A stretch of DNA of 64,000 nucleotides from Chiloscyllium plagiosum. Its lineage: Eukaryota. Shown here in pieces: positions 50,046 through 63,392 of this stretch (its first letter is position 1; every line of letters starts with the position of its first letter). The stretch lies in assembly GCF_004010195.1 (NCBI RefSeq), contig NW_025215357.1:1486-65485 (forward strand), written 5' to 3'. The position numbers were made by a program, and so were the translations under genes. The notes under the pieces are model-generated. The model was not told the origin of the DNA and did not search any database. It saw only the letters and a program-made list of their open reading frames with translations.

Positions 50046-53000
50046 TCTCATTAGCTAATCTGGCTTTTAGCATCTCTTGTAAATTCAACAGGAACTGCTC
50101 TTCCACTGCAGGAAGGATATTTCAGTTTCTAGGACCATCTCATTTTCAATAGCACAAAACCTCAAATTTTTTTCTATCTCTTTATGACTTACAAACACTA
50201 CACCCAATCTTATGTTGTCTTTGCTCCAAAATATCCTGTCCATGAGCCCCAAAACTTTGTCATGATTCTTGAGCATAATACATCAGAAATCACCCACACT
50301 ATCTCTGGAGTCATCACTAATGTGAAAAGAGTTAATCACACTTTTCAAACTCCCCAACTTACCTGACTGACAAACATGTCTTAAAAGACTCTCACTAAAT
50401 TTTGTACTTAACAAGAAAATGACTGTTTATTATAAATTAACAGTGGAAAACCAACGGATACTATGAATTGGTAACTCATAACTTTCCATAGTCTAACTGC
50501 ACACTTTTTGAATTCCTCTCTTCATAGAGACAAAGACAGACAAAACATAGATAATAAGGGTGAAGTACAAAAATAAAACAGAGAAACACAGTTTGATAAC
50601 AGTATTATGGATCGTAGGAGTTGATCAATGTTTCTGTTGATTTCTTCCAAACTCCTTGAGCTCTTTGCTGATGAAACAGGTTTGTTTGCACACTTATGCT
50701 CTGTTTCATACAATGGTGAGAATTCATCTTTTCACTGTCATTAAAGACATTCTACTCCTGGTTCAACAGGAATTTGCAGAGAAAAGTGAGTAGAACACAG
50801 TGAACTGTCACTGTTGACTTTCTGGTACATCTACACCGAAGAGAGACAGACAGATTTTTCTAATGTTTTCTCTTTGCGGACTGTGTAATTCTGTGCTCTA
50901 CACAAGTCATGGTCATCTGGTCAGGAACCAATCAGGACATTGTTGCCAAGCAATTGTTACTTAGCTCGGAACCCATTACCTCCAAGGTGTCTGCTTTTGC
51001 TTTAACTGTCAGAGAAAAATGCAACATCACAAACAATTCACACTGTGCTGCTGTAAATATGATATTTAAAACTGCAGCCATCTCTTTTCACTGTCTCCTT
51101 GGTTTAAAGGAATATCTTCCTTTGTTAGTTCAAAACTAAAGGAAATACAAGAGTTGCTGTCAGACCCAGCTCTAATGACCAATGTTCTACAACTAAAGAT
51201 GATTAATGTCTGCTCCATTCAATACAATCAACTTTTGGAGTAGAACCTAAAACAGGTATTAGGTGACTATATATAAGGGTCTGTTTTAGTTGTGTTGTCA
51301 GGAAAATCTTCTGACAGAGATTGAAATCAGATGTTTCCTGGTGCCCTTAGGATATACTGCTTAATAAACAAAGCAGAAAGCAGAAGGTGGGCATGTGGCA
51401 ACTATAAAAGGTACAATAATAAAGGTGTTTAATAATTCATTAGTAATGCTGTTTAATTTCTTCTAAAATGCATCTATGATAAAATTTAGTGTATAATCAT
51501 AATTTCATAATTATTTCTATTCATTGTGATTAGAATCTAAATTAATTTGTGTAACTTATAATTGTGGTTATGAGAGTTCACTTAAAAATAATCTTTAAAT
51601 TGCAAGATGCAATGTATAGACTGAACTTTGTAACCATCAATGTTTATAATTTGATAATGGAACAAAATCCAATAAAGTAACACTGGGTAAGGTTTTGAGA
51701 TACCTATTTAATAGTTTACATCAGAATAATACATTAACCATGCAAATGGATAGATAAAGGGTCTCTTTGACTTATTTTGTCTTCTCTTGTAATGCGTGAA
51801 GCTGGGCAAGAAAGCCAAAGGGCTTAGCTAAAAGTACAACAGAGATACTTGAAATTAACATGTCAAAATAATGGAGTTGGATGATTTATGAATAGAATAG
51901 TGAGAGTGCATACTCTGATTACAAAAAAAACTGATGTTCTACACAGTTTAAATATTTAGGGAATAATTGTAACAAAAGCAGAGGGGCTTTAATGAAACAA
52001 ATGAAATATATATGAACTAATAGAATTATCGGGCTGGATTTTATGACACTAACTTAGTTTTTATCGACTGGCAGGGAACCCCAGTCTGTTCTGTGTGAGT
52101 GGTCCAATAGAATCAAGTGCCCTTCACACATAATTGGCGACCATCAGGCCACTCCCACAATTGTAGTCTCCCACAAAAGATGTCCCATCTTGTGAATGCT
52201 GTCATCCAATTAGAGGCTGGTAGCTATTCATCACTGCAGGTGCCAATGTGACCAGTGGATGCTGCCAGCCCTCACCCACCAGAGGTCCATGAACACGATG
52301 GGACCCCAACCCCCAGATGTATGAGGATGTGATGGAGGGTGTTGTGGGTTGCGGTCATAAGTGTGTGGTTGGTGTGGAAGTGGTTAGTGGTGAGGGCAGT
52401 AGGGTGGCGTTCAGATGCCCTTTCTCTTCCCAATGGTGGGTCCATCAATTAGACACAAAACATTTGCTCACCAGTTACTCCATGCCTCTGGAAATTGCCT
52501 TCTGAGTGCGTCGGGAGTCCTGCGAACTCCTTGCAACATCATCACATTGTTCAGTGATGATGGTAGTCAATTTGATCATAGATGGAAATAATTGAGATTG
52601 ATACTGCCAGCAGTCAGGATTTCCTCATTAGCTCATTCCACTCTCCAATTTAATCAGAGATAGATTCCCCACCTCCAAGAAACAACATGGAGTCCCTCCT
52701 GCAATTAGAAAGCATGGTTCCTGCCATAACAGGCTGCATTAATTTCAGCCTGTTAAGTGTGGTTAAAGTGGCATGTGAGCAGAGAGCAGAAATTGGTTTA
52801 GTCAGTCATAGCAATTAATCTAATTCAAATAAATTGCCCGGTTGATCCATATTAACAAAACATGAGAAACATTGATGCATTAATTTAATCTAATGTGTGT
52901 ATTTAAGAGATTTTTTATAAATTATTTAAAAGACCAACAGTGCATTCTAATGAACATAATTATCAGGAAGAATTCAATTGTTACATAGTGAAAAGAAAAG

Positions 53001-54010
53001 GAAAGAAAATGTAAATAACATTTTATGTTTCCCAAACATCTCAAAGAATTCATTTGCAAGGGATTAATTTGAAATGTGGTGATTACTGTATAGACATACA
53101 CTGTGCCACTTTGTACCCCAGTAAGATCCACAGACAACTGAGATGAACGAGTGTGATTTTCAGTTGATTGAGTAAGGCATGTCGATGAAGTTTATGTTTC
53201 TGGGACTTAATTTGTCGGAATAGGCAATGGGGACAGTTTAACATTTACTGTGACAGGATCTTTGACAATTGCATTGGGGTAGTCACTCAAGATTTGAAAT
53301 AGGAACTAAATTCACAAACTGTGCTCTTGAGAACTGTGCCAGGATATTGATTTTAGATTGCAGTCACTATGTTTATAGAGGACTCCATAAGGACCAAGGA
53401 ATTGCCAAATATATGGCAAGATTGAATAACCTTATGTAATTTCCATTAGATAATATATTTGTATTGAAACAATTAAACAAGAATGTAGCACATTCTGATA
53501 CTTGTGTATGACTGCACTGTATGTTTAAACTTTCTTATGAGAGTTTTCTAAAAATATACGTGCTACCCATCAACCTTGACATTCTTAAACTGGATATTTA
53601 TTAAAGGTTAAGTTTGTGTTTCTAAAAGCACATAAATGTATGTTATGCAAAGGACCTTACAGAATGCTAAGTACTGGTATATCTTGATTAATACTTTGAT
53701 GCTGAGCAAGGAATTTCCTTGTTTATTCAATAGTAAAACAATGCTAACAAACTGGCTACTGTAGTTGTAATCAACAGCAATGCTCATTTATCACTTGGGC
53801 TTTCTCATAATTTCTTCAGCGTCTGGAACTGATGTGTCAGCTGATACCTGGACATAGGTTAGAACTAGAAGCTATTTGCTTCAATTAGGTTAATCTAAAT
53901 TGCACACATTCAGTTCTATCATTTTGTTCAAACAAACAGCATTTGAAAAAAAAACAGGCTTCTATTAAAACTTATTGAGAATATTTGTGACTCCATGGCA
54001 GTATTAGCTT

Positions 54011-54758
54011 GCTGTGGTTCTGTTCGCCGAGCTGGAAGTTTTTGTTGCAAACGTTTCGTCCCCTCTCTAGGTGACATCCTCAGTGCTTGGGAGCCTCCTG
54101 TGCAGCGCTTCTGTGGTGTTTCCTCCGGCATTTATAGTGGCCTGTCCCTGCCGNNNNNNNNNNNNNNNNNNNNNNNNNNNNNNNNNNNNNNNNNNNNNNN
54201 NNNNNNNNNNNNNNNNNNNNNNNNNNNNNNNNNNNNNNNNNNNNNNNNNNNNNNNNNNNNNNNNNNNNNNNNNNNNNNNNNNNNNNNNNNNNNNNNNNNN
54301 NNNNNNNNNNNNNNNNNNNNNNNNNNNNNNNNNNNNNNNNNNNNNNNNNNNNNNNNNNNNNNNNNNNNNNNNNNNNNNNNNNNNNNNNNNNNNNNNNNNN
54401 NNNNNNNNNNNNNNNNNNNNNNNNNNNNNNNNNNNNNNNNNNNNNNNNNNNNNNNNNNNNNNNNNNNNNNNNNNNNNNNNNNNNNNNNNNNNNNNNNNNN
54501 NNNNNNNNNNNNNNNNNNNNNNNNNNNGTTTCTTCCGGCATTTATAGTGGCCTGTCCCTGCCCTGACAACCGGAAGTGGCAGGGACAGGCCACTATAAAT
54601 GCCGGAGGAAACACCACAGAAGCGCTGCACAGGAGGCTCCCAAGCACTGAGGATGTCACCTAGACAGGGGACGAAACGTTTGCAACAAAAACTTCCAGCT
54701 CGGTGAACAGAACCACAGCAACGAGCACCTGAGCTACAAATCTTCTCACAAACTTTGA
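54011..54758. mobile_element. Fold-back Penelope-derived element (second family) with intact minimal hammerhead motifs and target-site duplication
   Basis: Arms about 54009-54152 and about 54578-54721 are reverse complements. Hammerhead motif at 54644-54683 (+) and 54047-54086 (-). Flanks gtattagctt (54001-54010) and gcattagctt (54759-54768). Confidence 0.8.
54154..54527. other. Assembly gap (374 N)
   Basis: Run of N. Confidence 1.
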
Positions 54759-57700
54759 GCATTAGCTTACTAAAATTCTAAATGTTGCATTGTACTCACT
54801 GTATTGTTATTGTAGGCTCTGGCAAGATCAACCAGTTCTGTAAGTCTTGTGATACTGTGACAATTCCTCCAAATCTAACTTGTTTATTTATATCAGACAT
54901 TTGATATATTCTATAACACTCTTTATCTATCCCTATGTTATGAGGTCCTTCTACAATTCATAATTCAAGAACAAATTAGAGAGCATCAGAGATACATCAA
55001 AATAATCAAGGACAACCAGTAGCAATTTGAAGAAGGCAATATTTCTTTGAAAAACTGATTATGCGGATGAAGGGATTACAGTAGCTGCTGTGGGTCATAT
55101 GGACTTGCTGAAGTAGTTGAAGGTTTCTTAAAAGAATCATTTACAGAAGTTGAGGTGTATGGGGGTGAAAGAAAAATTGAACAACACTGTTAGAGAGTTG
55201 GTTGATAGGTAGAACATAGAAGGTTACAGCTAAAACCAATTGTTTGAATTGAATATACATCTTTTCTTCATTTCTTAATATGGTGGTCATGAAGAGTTAG
55301 CAAAAATGGCAGAGAAGTGGTAGATGCAGTTTAATGTGGTGAAGTAATCACAAGTTCATTTTACTGAGTTTCATGTTACTGAGGGATATGGAGAATGGAA
55401 ATATGAGATATGGCTATAAAATAGACCAATACCATTTTGGGTTTAATACACTGGGGCACTACAATACTTGATTAAATGCAAGGCAGTGTCCAGGCCACAT
55501 TATGGTCAAGGTTTACCCATTTTCAGGCTAAGTGTGAGGTTGCTAAGTTGGTGGGGTGGGTCAGGGGTGCAGCGGAGGTGGGATGGGCACTGCTGCAGGC
55601 ATTTTTGGGTCAACTAACTCACCTGACCCATTTCTGGGAAAGCCGGACAGATCATCTGGCAATCGGCAGGTCACCAGCAGACTGGCGAGCTTCCTGTCTG
55701 ATTGCAGGTGGCATCCCAGAAACTGCCAACTAATCGGAGTCCGGGTCAAGACTTGCTTTGCAGAGGATGTAGTGGGGAGAAGGCCAGTACTTTTCTCTTG
55801 CTTGTTGTAAATTGGAGGTCACTAGAAGAGGGATTCATGATCAGAGGCCACCCTTTGTCTCCCAAGCCTCCATGTGCTCCTAGACTGGGGTTAGTTGACC
55901 ACTTTAGGACTTTATTTCCCCTTCTCACTACCTTTCTTGCCATCTTCAAGGAGGGGAAGTCTGTGTCCTTACAGTAGTGTGTTCAGCTTTAGCACTTTAC
56001 TACAGAAAAGACATAAAACATTATCTGTCCATTTACTGGATGATGTCAGGGGTAAGAGTAAGGAAGCTTTCCTAGAGGATTGTGGCAGGAGACAGGGACC
56101 AGGAGAAGTCTGATATAAATGGATTAGGGCAGAAGTGTGAGACAGAAAGATATCAGGAAGCTGGTAGTAAGGATTAGAGTAGGGGCACAAGGCTTTGGAA
56201 ATATTTGAGCACCAGAAATCTTTTGTGGCAAAAGGAGTTTATGGAGAAGATTCAACTGTTGGAATTTATAAATCCCACCTTGATGTCAGACCAGTAGTTT
56301 GAGAGTGTATTAATACTCTTTATTTAAGTCACAGATGGCTTGAAATCCTATGAACTCTTCAAGAGCTACATTACTCATGCAGCTTTTGTTCAGCCCACTC
56401 TAAATGGGCAAAAGCAAATATTAATACAAAGCCATTCTGAATGGGCAGAGGTTTGTAACGTGTAAAAGAAGATATAATTTTTTTTTTTAACAAATCGCTT
56501 TTGGATATGTTAAAGGGAAAATCAAAAGATTCCTTTTTAATCTGTCAGACTGATTTAACACCTGGAAAATACACACGCATCCAGCAATGTAACCCGTTAC
56601 TACAATCTCTTGTGAAGGACTTATTTTTGCTTCTTTTGGGGTTTATGGTTTTTTGGATATTGAAAACACTGTGGGATGATTTCCTATGTTTGCTATTTCT
56701 AGTAAAATTATATGTGTCCTGAGAGATTACAATTCTACTAGAAATAGCAATAAGAGGAAATCTTCCCATTCTGTTTACAATATTGGCAACACGTAGACAT
56801 GAGAGGAAATCTTTCCCTGAGTTGAGGGGAAGTATGGTGCTTCACTGCTGGAGAGATAGAAAATCAGAGGACAAGGTGACCAGGGCATTCTTTCACTCTT
56901 CAATGGTCCGTTATGGAATGCTTTAGCAGACACAATAGCTAGTCTCTCATCCACAATCATAGCTACGCAATAACACATGTAGTGGACAGGAACTCATGGG
57001 AGATTTTTAAGAGGAGACTGAATCATTTTAAAACAAAAGGTCAAAAATATACAGTAATTTAGACTTCAGATTCCTATTTGTACTGCAAAACTGGCAGGAA
57101 TGGGCATTGTGTCACTTTCTTGTAATATCTGATTTTTTAACCAAACTACAATTACAAGTCATTCAAATAGGAACATGTGCTGAAGTTTATAGCATTAATT
57201 GCCATCGTGTTAACAAAATATTGTCTTGTATGGATTTATGCTTGCACAGACTTCCTGCCTGCTGTGTGCAGTTTCCATTTTGCTCTCCAGCAAAGTTCTT
57301 CGAAGTTAGATCGTTTTAAATGATTTTATACTGCTAGGTCAAACTAGTCAAGTGTGTGCATATGTTAGATGACTATTATCTGTGAAAGTTACATCAGAGA
57401 GAGCCTTATAATCTAAAATAAATTTTGTTTTACAATTAGATCTACAGTTGATTTAGCAACAGTGCTGTATTTTAGTTACAAAATTAATTTTACAAATCAT
57501 GTTATTGCATTTATTTGCTCACACCAAAGACAGGACTCACTATGAGTAATGTTTACTGGTATACAACATATAAATGCAGGATAATTTAGAAGTAAAGCAG
57601 AGAATTACCTGGATATGAATTCAGTCTTTGTTGCCATGTAATCATGTGTAATAGAGTGACAGTTGTGCAGTCTCATTGGAGGTACACATTTTATTTTGTC

Positions 57701-58529
57701 TTGAAGTCTGATCACTAAAGCTACGAAAAGAGTAGGTTTGCTGCAATAATCATAAAATGTATGCTAATTACCGTACACTTATTTTTCTTGGTTTTATGAC
57801 AAATGTTAATTAGAAGCCTGGCGTAATTGATGAATGAAACAAAATGTCCTGCCTGGAAGGGAAAAAAAGAGGTCAATCTTTTCTCAGGAAGTGGTAAATT
57901 CTTCTACGCAGTGTAAAAAATTCATAATGTAAACTGCGCAGAGATTGTTAGTCCCAGTTCTATTTATTAAATTGAGTTCAAGCTTTCTTTAAATTTACTT
58001 TCATTTACTGCAGTTTCATAAAATGTGAGAATCCTATTATTTAAGTCTTTTTATTCCGAAACATTCTCTGCACAATTATGAATGAAAGAACGTCTGCAAT
58101 AATTGAGCCTTGCTGACTAACCCATCTTGGGCCCCTCATATATCTCCATGCCGATTTTCTCATGACACACTGATTGCTATTGGCACAGCACAGTAATTTT
58201 CTTCTCTGTAATTATTTTCAGGGATTTCTGTGCATTGTTGAAGTTAGTACATATTATTGTCACAATGGAGAATATACGCTTGTATCATTTTGATTGCAAA
58301 TTCTTTCGAGGAAACCTTTGATTGTGAGTTTGAAAAGGCTACTTTTAAAAAAGTGATTAATTTTCACAGTTGAGTGATTAATTGATGGGGAATAGTTAAC
58401 CTGCTTAGCACCCCCACAGTGCATCCTTCCTTCTACAAAAGATATGGGCACACAGCAAGCAATCCATTCCAGATGAGGAGTTTGATGTGGAGTACAGTTG
58501 TAATAAAATTGCAGTTACAATATAAAGTG

Positions 58530-59040
58530 AAGTGATGGAAGGTATCACCATCAGTTCTCAGCAATGAATTGCACAGTGATGCCCAGTTTGGGTTTTGCCA
58601 GGGCCACTCAGTTCCTGACCTCATTACAGCCTTGGTTCAAATCTGCACAAACAGCTGAATTCCAGTGGGGAGGTGAGAATCATAGCCCTTGACATCAAGG
58701 CTGTATTTGACTGAAGGAGCCTAACTGGAATCAATGGGTATCAGGGGCAAACTCTCCACTGGTTAGAGTCATACCTGGCACATAGGAAGGTGAGTTGGAG
58801 GTCAGTCATCTCAGCTCCAGGACATCGCTGAAGGAGTTCCTCAGGTTAGTCCCCGAGGCCCAAACACTGTCACTGTGTCAAAATCCTGAAATTCTCTCCA
58901 TAAGGACATTGTCGGCCAACCTTCCGCACATGGACTGCAGCGATTCAAGAAGGTAGCTTACCAGCACCTTCTCGAGGGCAGCGAGGGACTGGAAATAAAT
59001 GCTGCCCAGCAAGCAAAGCCCACATTCCACAAGTGAATAT
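58530..59040 (+). mobile_element. LINE RT/3' fragment (CR1/L2 group)
   Basis: gcccttgacatcaaggctgtatttgac (ALDIKAVFD), ggagttcctcagggt-like GVPQG motif, and the shared 3' tail. Confidence 0.8.
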
Positions 59041-61074
59041 AAGATATCCAAACAAAACTGGGAATTTTACCTTTAAGACGATTGCCACATTCGTGACTCG
59101 CCCTGCCAGAAGATAGCTAAAGTTCCCCTCTTGATAAGTTTGAATAATACTTCAATTTATTTCAGTGGACCCTATTAAGTTGAGAAAAATAATCACAGGA
59201 AGTGCTGGAAATAATCAGCAGGTCAGACAGCATTTGTAGAAAGGAGTCGCCATTTCATGTTACTATTTGTCAAAAACATACTGACTCGGTCAGCCTTAGT
59301 TAAGGGGGTGATAGGGATGTTACAAGCTGATTTCAATATTGATGGGTTTGAAAGGGGAGGAGGTAGTTACGGAATTCTACTCCTGCTAGGTATTCAGCAA
59401 TGCTAGTTGGAATTGCATGTGTAAGATTGTTGGCACTGTTCTGATGACTTTCCACTGACATTCACTGGGTTCCTGAATCAATATTGGTGACTTTTGATGA
59501 CCTTTGGACTGGAATTATCTGTAGGGGAGGAAGGAAGATAAAATTAACAAGAAAATAAAAACTTGTTTGAAAAGATCAAGGAAGGACTTCTGAAGGTCAC
59601 CATTCAGTTAAATAAAGTTCTCAGTGTTAAAATATAGGCTTGACAGTGAGAGAGAGATCTTCCTATATTCAGACAGTAAAGACGCAAAGTGCAAAATAAA
59701 ATCTTTATAAGCATTATTGACTTTGCTTAATAAATTTCTCTTGTGTGTGTTATGGCAACGATACTTGTTGATAAGAAGAATATGCTAAAGTACAGACAAT
59801 GTCAGGATTCCATGTCCATTTTGTTTTCTAGGTTAAACAAAAGATATATTTAGCTCATCATCAAATAACTCTTTGCTCCACATCATTTTTTCTCTGAACA
59901 CAACAGTCACACTTGCTGTCTGCTGAATTTATAGATACCTAAACATCCTGCGAGTTTCCAGAGTTTCAATTTCATTCTTTTGAATCTCAGCAGAGATGTA
60001 ACAAAATTAAATATTTTAAAAAATTAAAAATAAACTCTAGTCAGCAATTGCAGGAGCAGAATTATATTTTATGTGTGTCACATATACATCGCTTTCATAA
60101 GATCAAGACAAATTTTGAATACAAACCTGTTTGAGGTAAATAATGAAGGATCACTGGTCTTGAAACATTAAATCTGTCTCTTTACAGATGCTGCCAGACT
60201 TGCTGAATTTCTCCAGCACTTTCTGCTTTTGTTTAGATTTCAATTCTTTGCTTAAAAATTAAAGATGGATTCTTTTAAATCATGTGACTAGCCCAATGAG
60301 CTTTTATAATTAAAGAGAGAAAGACATTGTGGATGAAATTCCCCAGGCCCACTTGAAGCTTTTTGAAGAATGGAAAGGGAACTTAATTCGGTGAGATAGA
60401 CTTGAACCAGTCTCCTGATGGTGGGATAATGGTTTGCTATTAACTTCGCAGAACTTTAAGGCAAGTGAGTTTTTCAACCTTGATGGGGAGGAGCCTACTT
60501 TGTATTCATTACCATGTCATGAATACTCATTAACACGCCAGACTCCTGGAATTATGTTCATGGGCACACATAATGGAAATGCCTGACACCCAGTTTTGTG
60601 TATGATATCCTGTGCAGTGGCAACTCAGAATGTTAACTCCTACTCACAAGATCATGAAATATTGGGTAGTTTCCCCATTTCCCCTCCCCCCACCTTATCC
60701 CAGTTTGGAACTTCCAACTCAGTCCCACCCTCATGACCTGTCCTACGTGTCCATCTTCCTTCCCACCTGTCCGCTCCACCCTCCTCTCCAGCCTATCACC
60801 ATTACCCCACCTCCGTCTATCGCACTCTCAGCTACCTCCCCCCCCCCTTCCAGCACCACACTGTCAACTCATGGTCCTTACCATTTGTGTTCTTTCAGCA
60901 CCGGAGCCAGGTTCTCATGAGTCCCATAGGTACAATATTTTTATTTGCACTGTGCACCATGGAATGCTAGGTAGGTGTTATTGTTGTTGGAAAAACCTGC
61001 TGTAGGTATAATCAGTATGTTTTCATACTCGTAAGATATACTTAAGATATTTTCCTAATCATCCTGTTCAAAGA

Positions 61075-61308
61075 TGCTTTACATACCTCTGGAGCTGGTT
61101 GGACTTGAACCCAGAGCTTCTGACTCACTGGTAGAGACAACACCATTGCTCCACACAAATCCTCTAGGTGTTTGTTGGAAATATTTTCCAATCAATCTTT
61201 TCCAGCGATGTTATTACACTTCTCTGGAGCAGGTGGGACTTAGACCTGAGTGTTCTGGTCCAGAGGTAGGAACACTACCATTGAATTGCAAGAGCCCATA
61301 GGTGTTTA
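61075..61308 (-). repeat. Tandem dimer (unit of about 135 bp) of a short tRNA-like SINE
   Basis: ttaca..ctctggagc..ggactt...accattg...taggtgttt occurs twice; related to about 28195-28300 and 62270-62450. Confidence 0.6.
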
Positions 61309-61315
61309 CCCTAAT

Positions 61316-61637
61316 TTAGATTAGATTATGTTACATTACATTGCAGTGTGGAACCAGGCCCTTCGGCCCAACAAGTCCACAGCGACCCGCCGAAGCGTAA
61401 CCCACCCATACCCCTACATTTAACCCTTACCTAACACTACGGGCAATTCAGCATGGCCAATTCACCTGACCAGCACATCTTTGGACTGTGGGAGGAAACC
61501 GGAGCACCTGGAGGAAACCCACGCAGACACGGGAGAACTTGCAAACTCCACACAGTCAGTTGCCTGAGGCGGAAACTGAACATGGGTCTCTGGCGCTGTG
61601 AGGCAGCAGTGCTAACCACTGTGCCACCGTGCCGCCC
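61316..61637 (-). mobile_element. Full-length HE1-type elasmobranch SINE
   Basis: Reverse complement of the 40884-41194 family. Confidence 0.95.
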
Positions 61638-63259
61638 ACAATTTAGTTGAGGATACGCTTCAATTGTTGTGTTAGTCAATCAGGACCAATTCCCACTGTA
61701 AACGCTGTGATTAGTTTACTTCCTGACAGCAATGAGCACAAGCTTGTGATGGAGCAGATTTCCCACATACACTATTGAAGTCCAATACTGAACTGATACT
61801 TGCATGATAGTTAACAAAAAAAATCAGTGCTCTTATGGTGTCTCGTGATTCTTACAAAGCAATGCCACTACTCTCTTCCTCACTGTTGCAACAAAATATT
61901 GGTAAATGTCTACAGGCAAATGGGGAAAATAAAATCAGCCAGAGCTCCTGATTCAGTTTCTGAATCAAGATTCAGTGAATGCGTGTGTGTGCGTATAAAT
62001 GCAAGCTGGAAGGCAGGGAGGGGGAGGGCGTGAAAGGAAGGGAGGAGAGAAAACAGGAGCAAATTCTGATATGCTAATGTTGGGACTAGTGATAAATTTG
62101 TTTGTGTTCTGTTTCTGAAAGGGACATAAAAATCTCGATGATGTTCCTTAACATAGAAAGTAGGAGCTAGAGTAGGCCATTCAGCCCTTTGACCCTGTTC
62201 CACCATTCAGTCTGATCATGGCTGATCATCCAACTCAGTGTGCTGTCCTTGCTTTCTCCACATACCCTTTGATCCCTTTAGCCTTAAGTCCAAAGAACGT
62301 CCAAAGGTAGAGAGATAATGCTCCAAGAGTGGGTTGACAAATTGAATATAGATATTTCTAATTAACCTGTTTGGACATGTCTGGTGGGACTGGGAAACAG
62401 GTCTCTGGCTCAGAGATAGCGACACTCACTGCTCCAAAAGTGCCCAACCAACTAATTATATCTTGCTGCAATTTCAGGGATCAGTTAGGCTCGATTGGTT
62501 ATGTTAATCTCTCTGAATGTTGTTGTCACGCAATGTCAATTATTAACATTACTGATCTTTCACACATGTTGCTCCTACCGTCTGGCAGTTAGTTGGTTTA
62601 GCTACATGAAAGTAGTGCTGCAAGAGAAGTGCCCAATTTGGGTAAAGATTAGGATTGTGGGCTAGTGTTTTGGGCACTGTGGAGTGCCACTACTCTTACC
62701 ACACAATCCACAGCCCAGTTGGTATTTCCTCCCACTGAGCTGAATGACTTGTGGTTAAAAGTTCATGGTTTGCCAGCAGTCGTCATTGCTGTCATGTTTA
62801 GTGTCAAATATCACTCTGGAGTTTTCTTTCAATGATTTCAAGTGTATCCAATCACTTGAACTTTAGTCTTGTACTGTAAGCATGCGAGATATGTAAACAT
62901 AGCACTAAAATCTGCAAATGCTAGAAATCTTTCACTGAAACAGAAAATATTGGAAACAGCAAGAAGTAAAATGAATAAACCATAAACTGCTTAAGTGGGA
63001 AACAGTTGATGGTTCTTCAGCAAAATTCTATTTACATGAGGTAATTGGGCCATAATGAGAAAAACAAATGTAACTAAAGATACATATTACATACAGAAAA
63101 CGTGAGTTGCTGAGGCACTGGGGGTGCAGTAAGCAGTTCATAATTGGAGAACCTTTGTCAGTAAATTGAGGTCTTAAGTAATGATTTATGTATGCCACTA
63201 ATATGTTTGGAACATATGTAATAGATAATTCTATATTAATGTGCAAATCCAGGTTACAG

Positions 63260-63392
63260 GGCGAAAGTGAGGACTGGAGATGCTGAAGATCAGAGTCTAA
63301 GATTAAAGTGGTGCTTTTACCCAAAACTTCAATTTTCTTGTTCATTGGATGCTGCCTAACCTGCTGTGCTTTTCCAGCACCACTCTAATCTA
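63260..63392. mobile_element. Short fold-back Penelope-derived remnant
   Basis: gcgaaagtgaggactggagatgctg...gtggtgct and gatgctgcc...ccagcaccactctaatct in opposite orientations. Confidence 0.65.

Noticed and set aside
53995..54762. Long ORFs spanning the N run
   Set aside because: Artefacts of translating an assembly gap.
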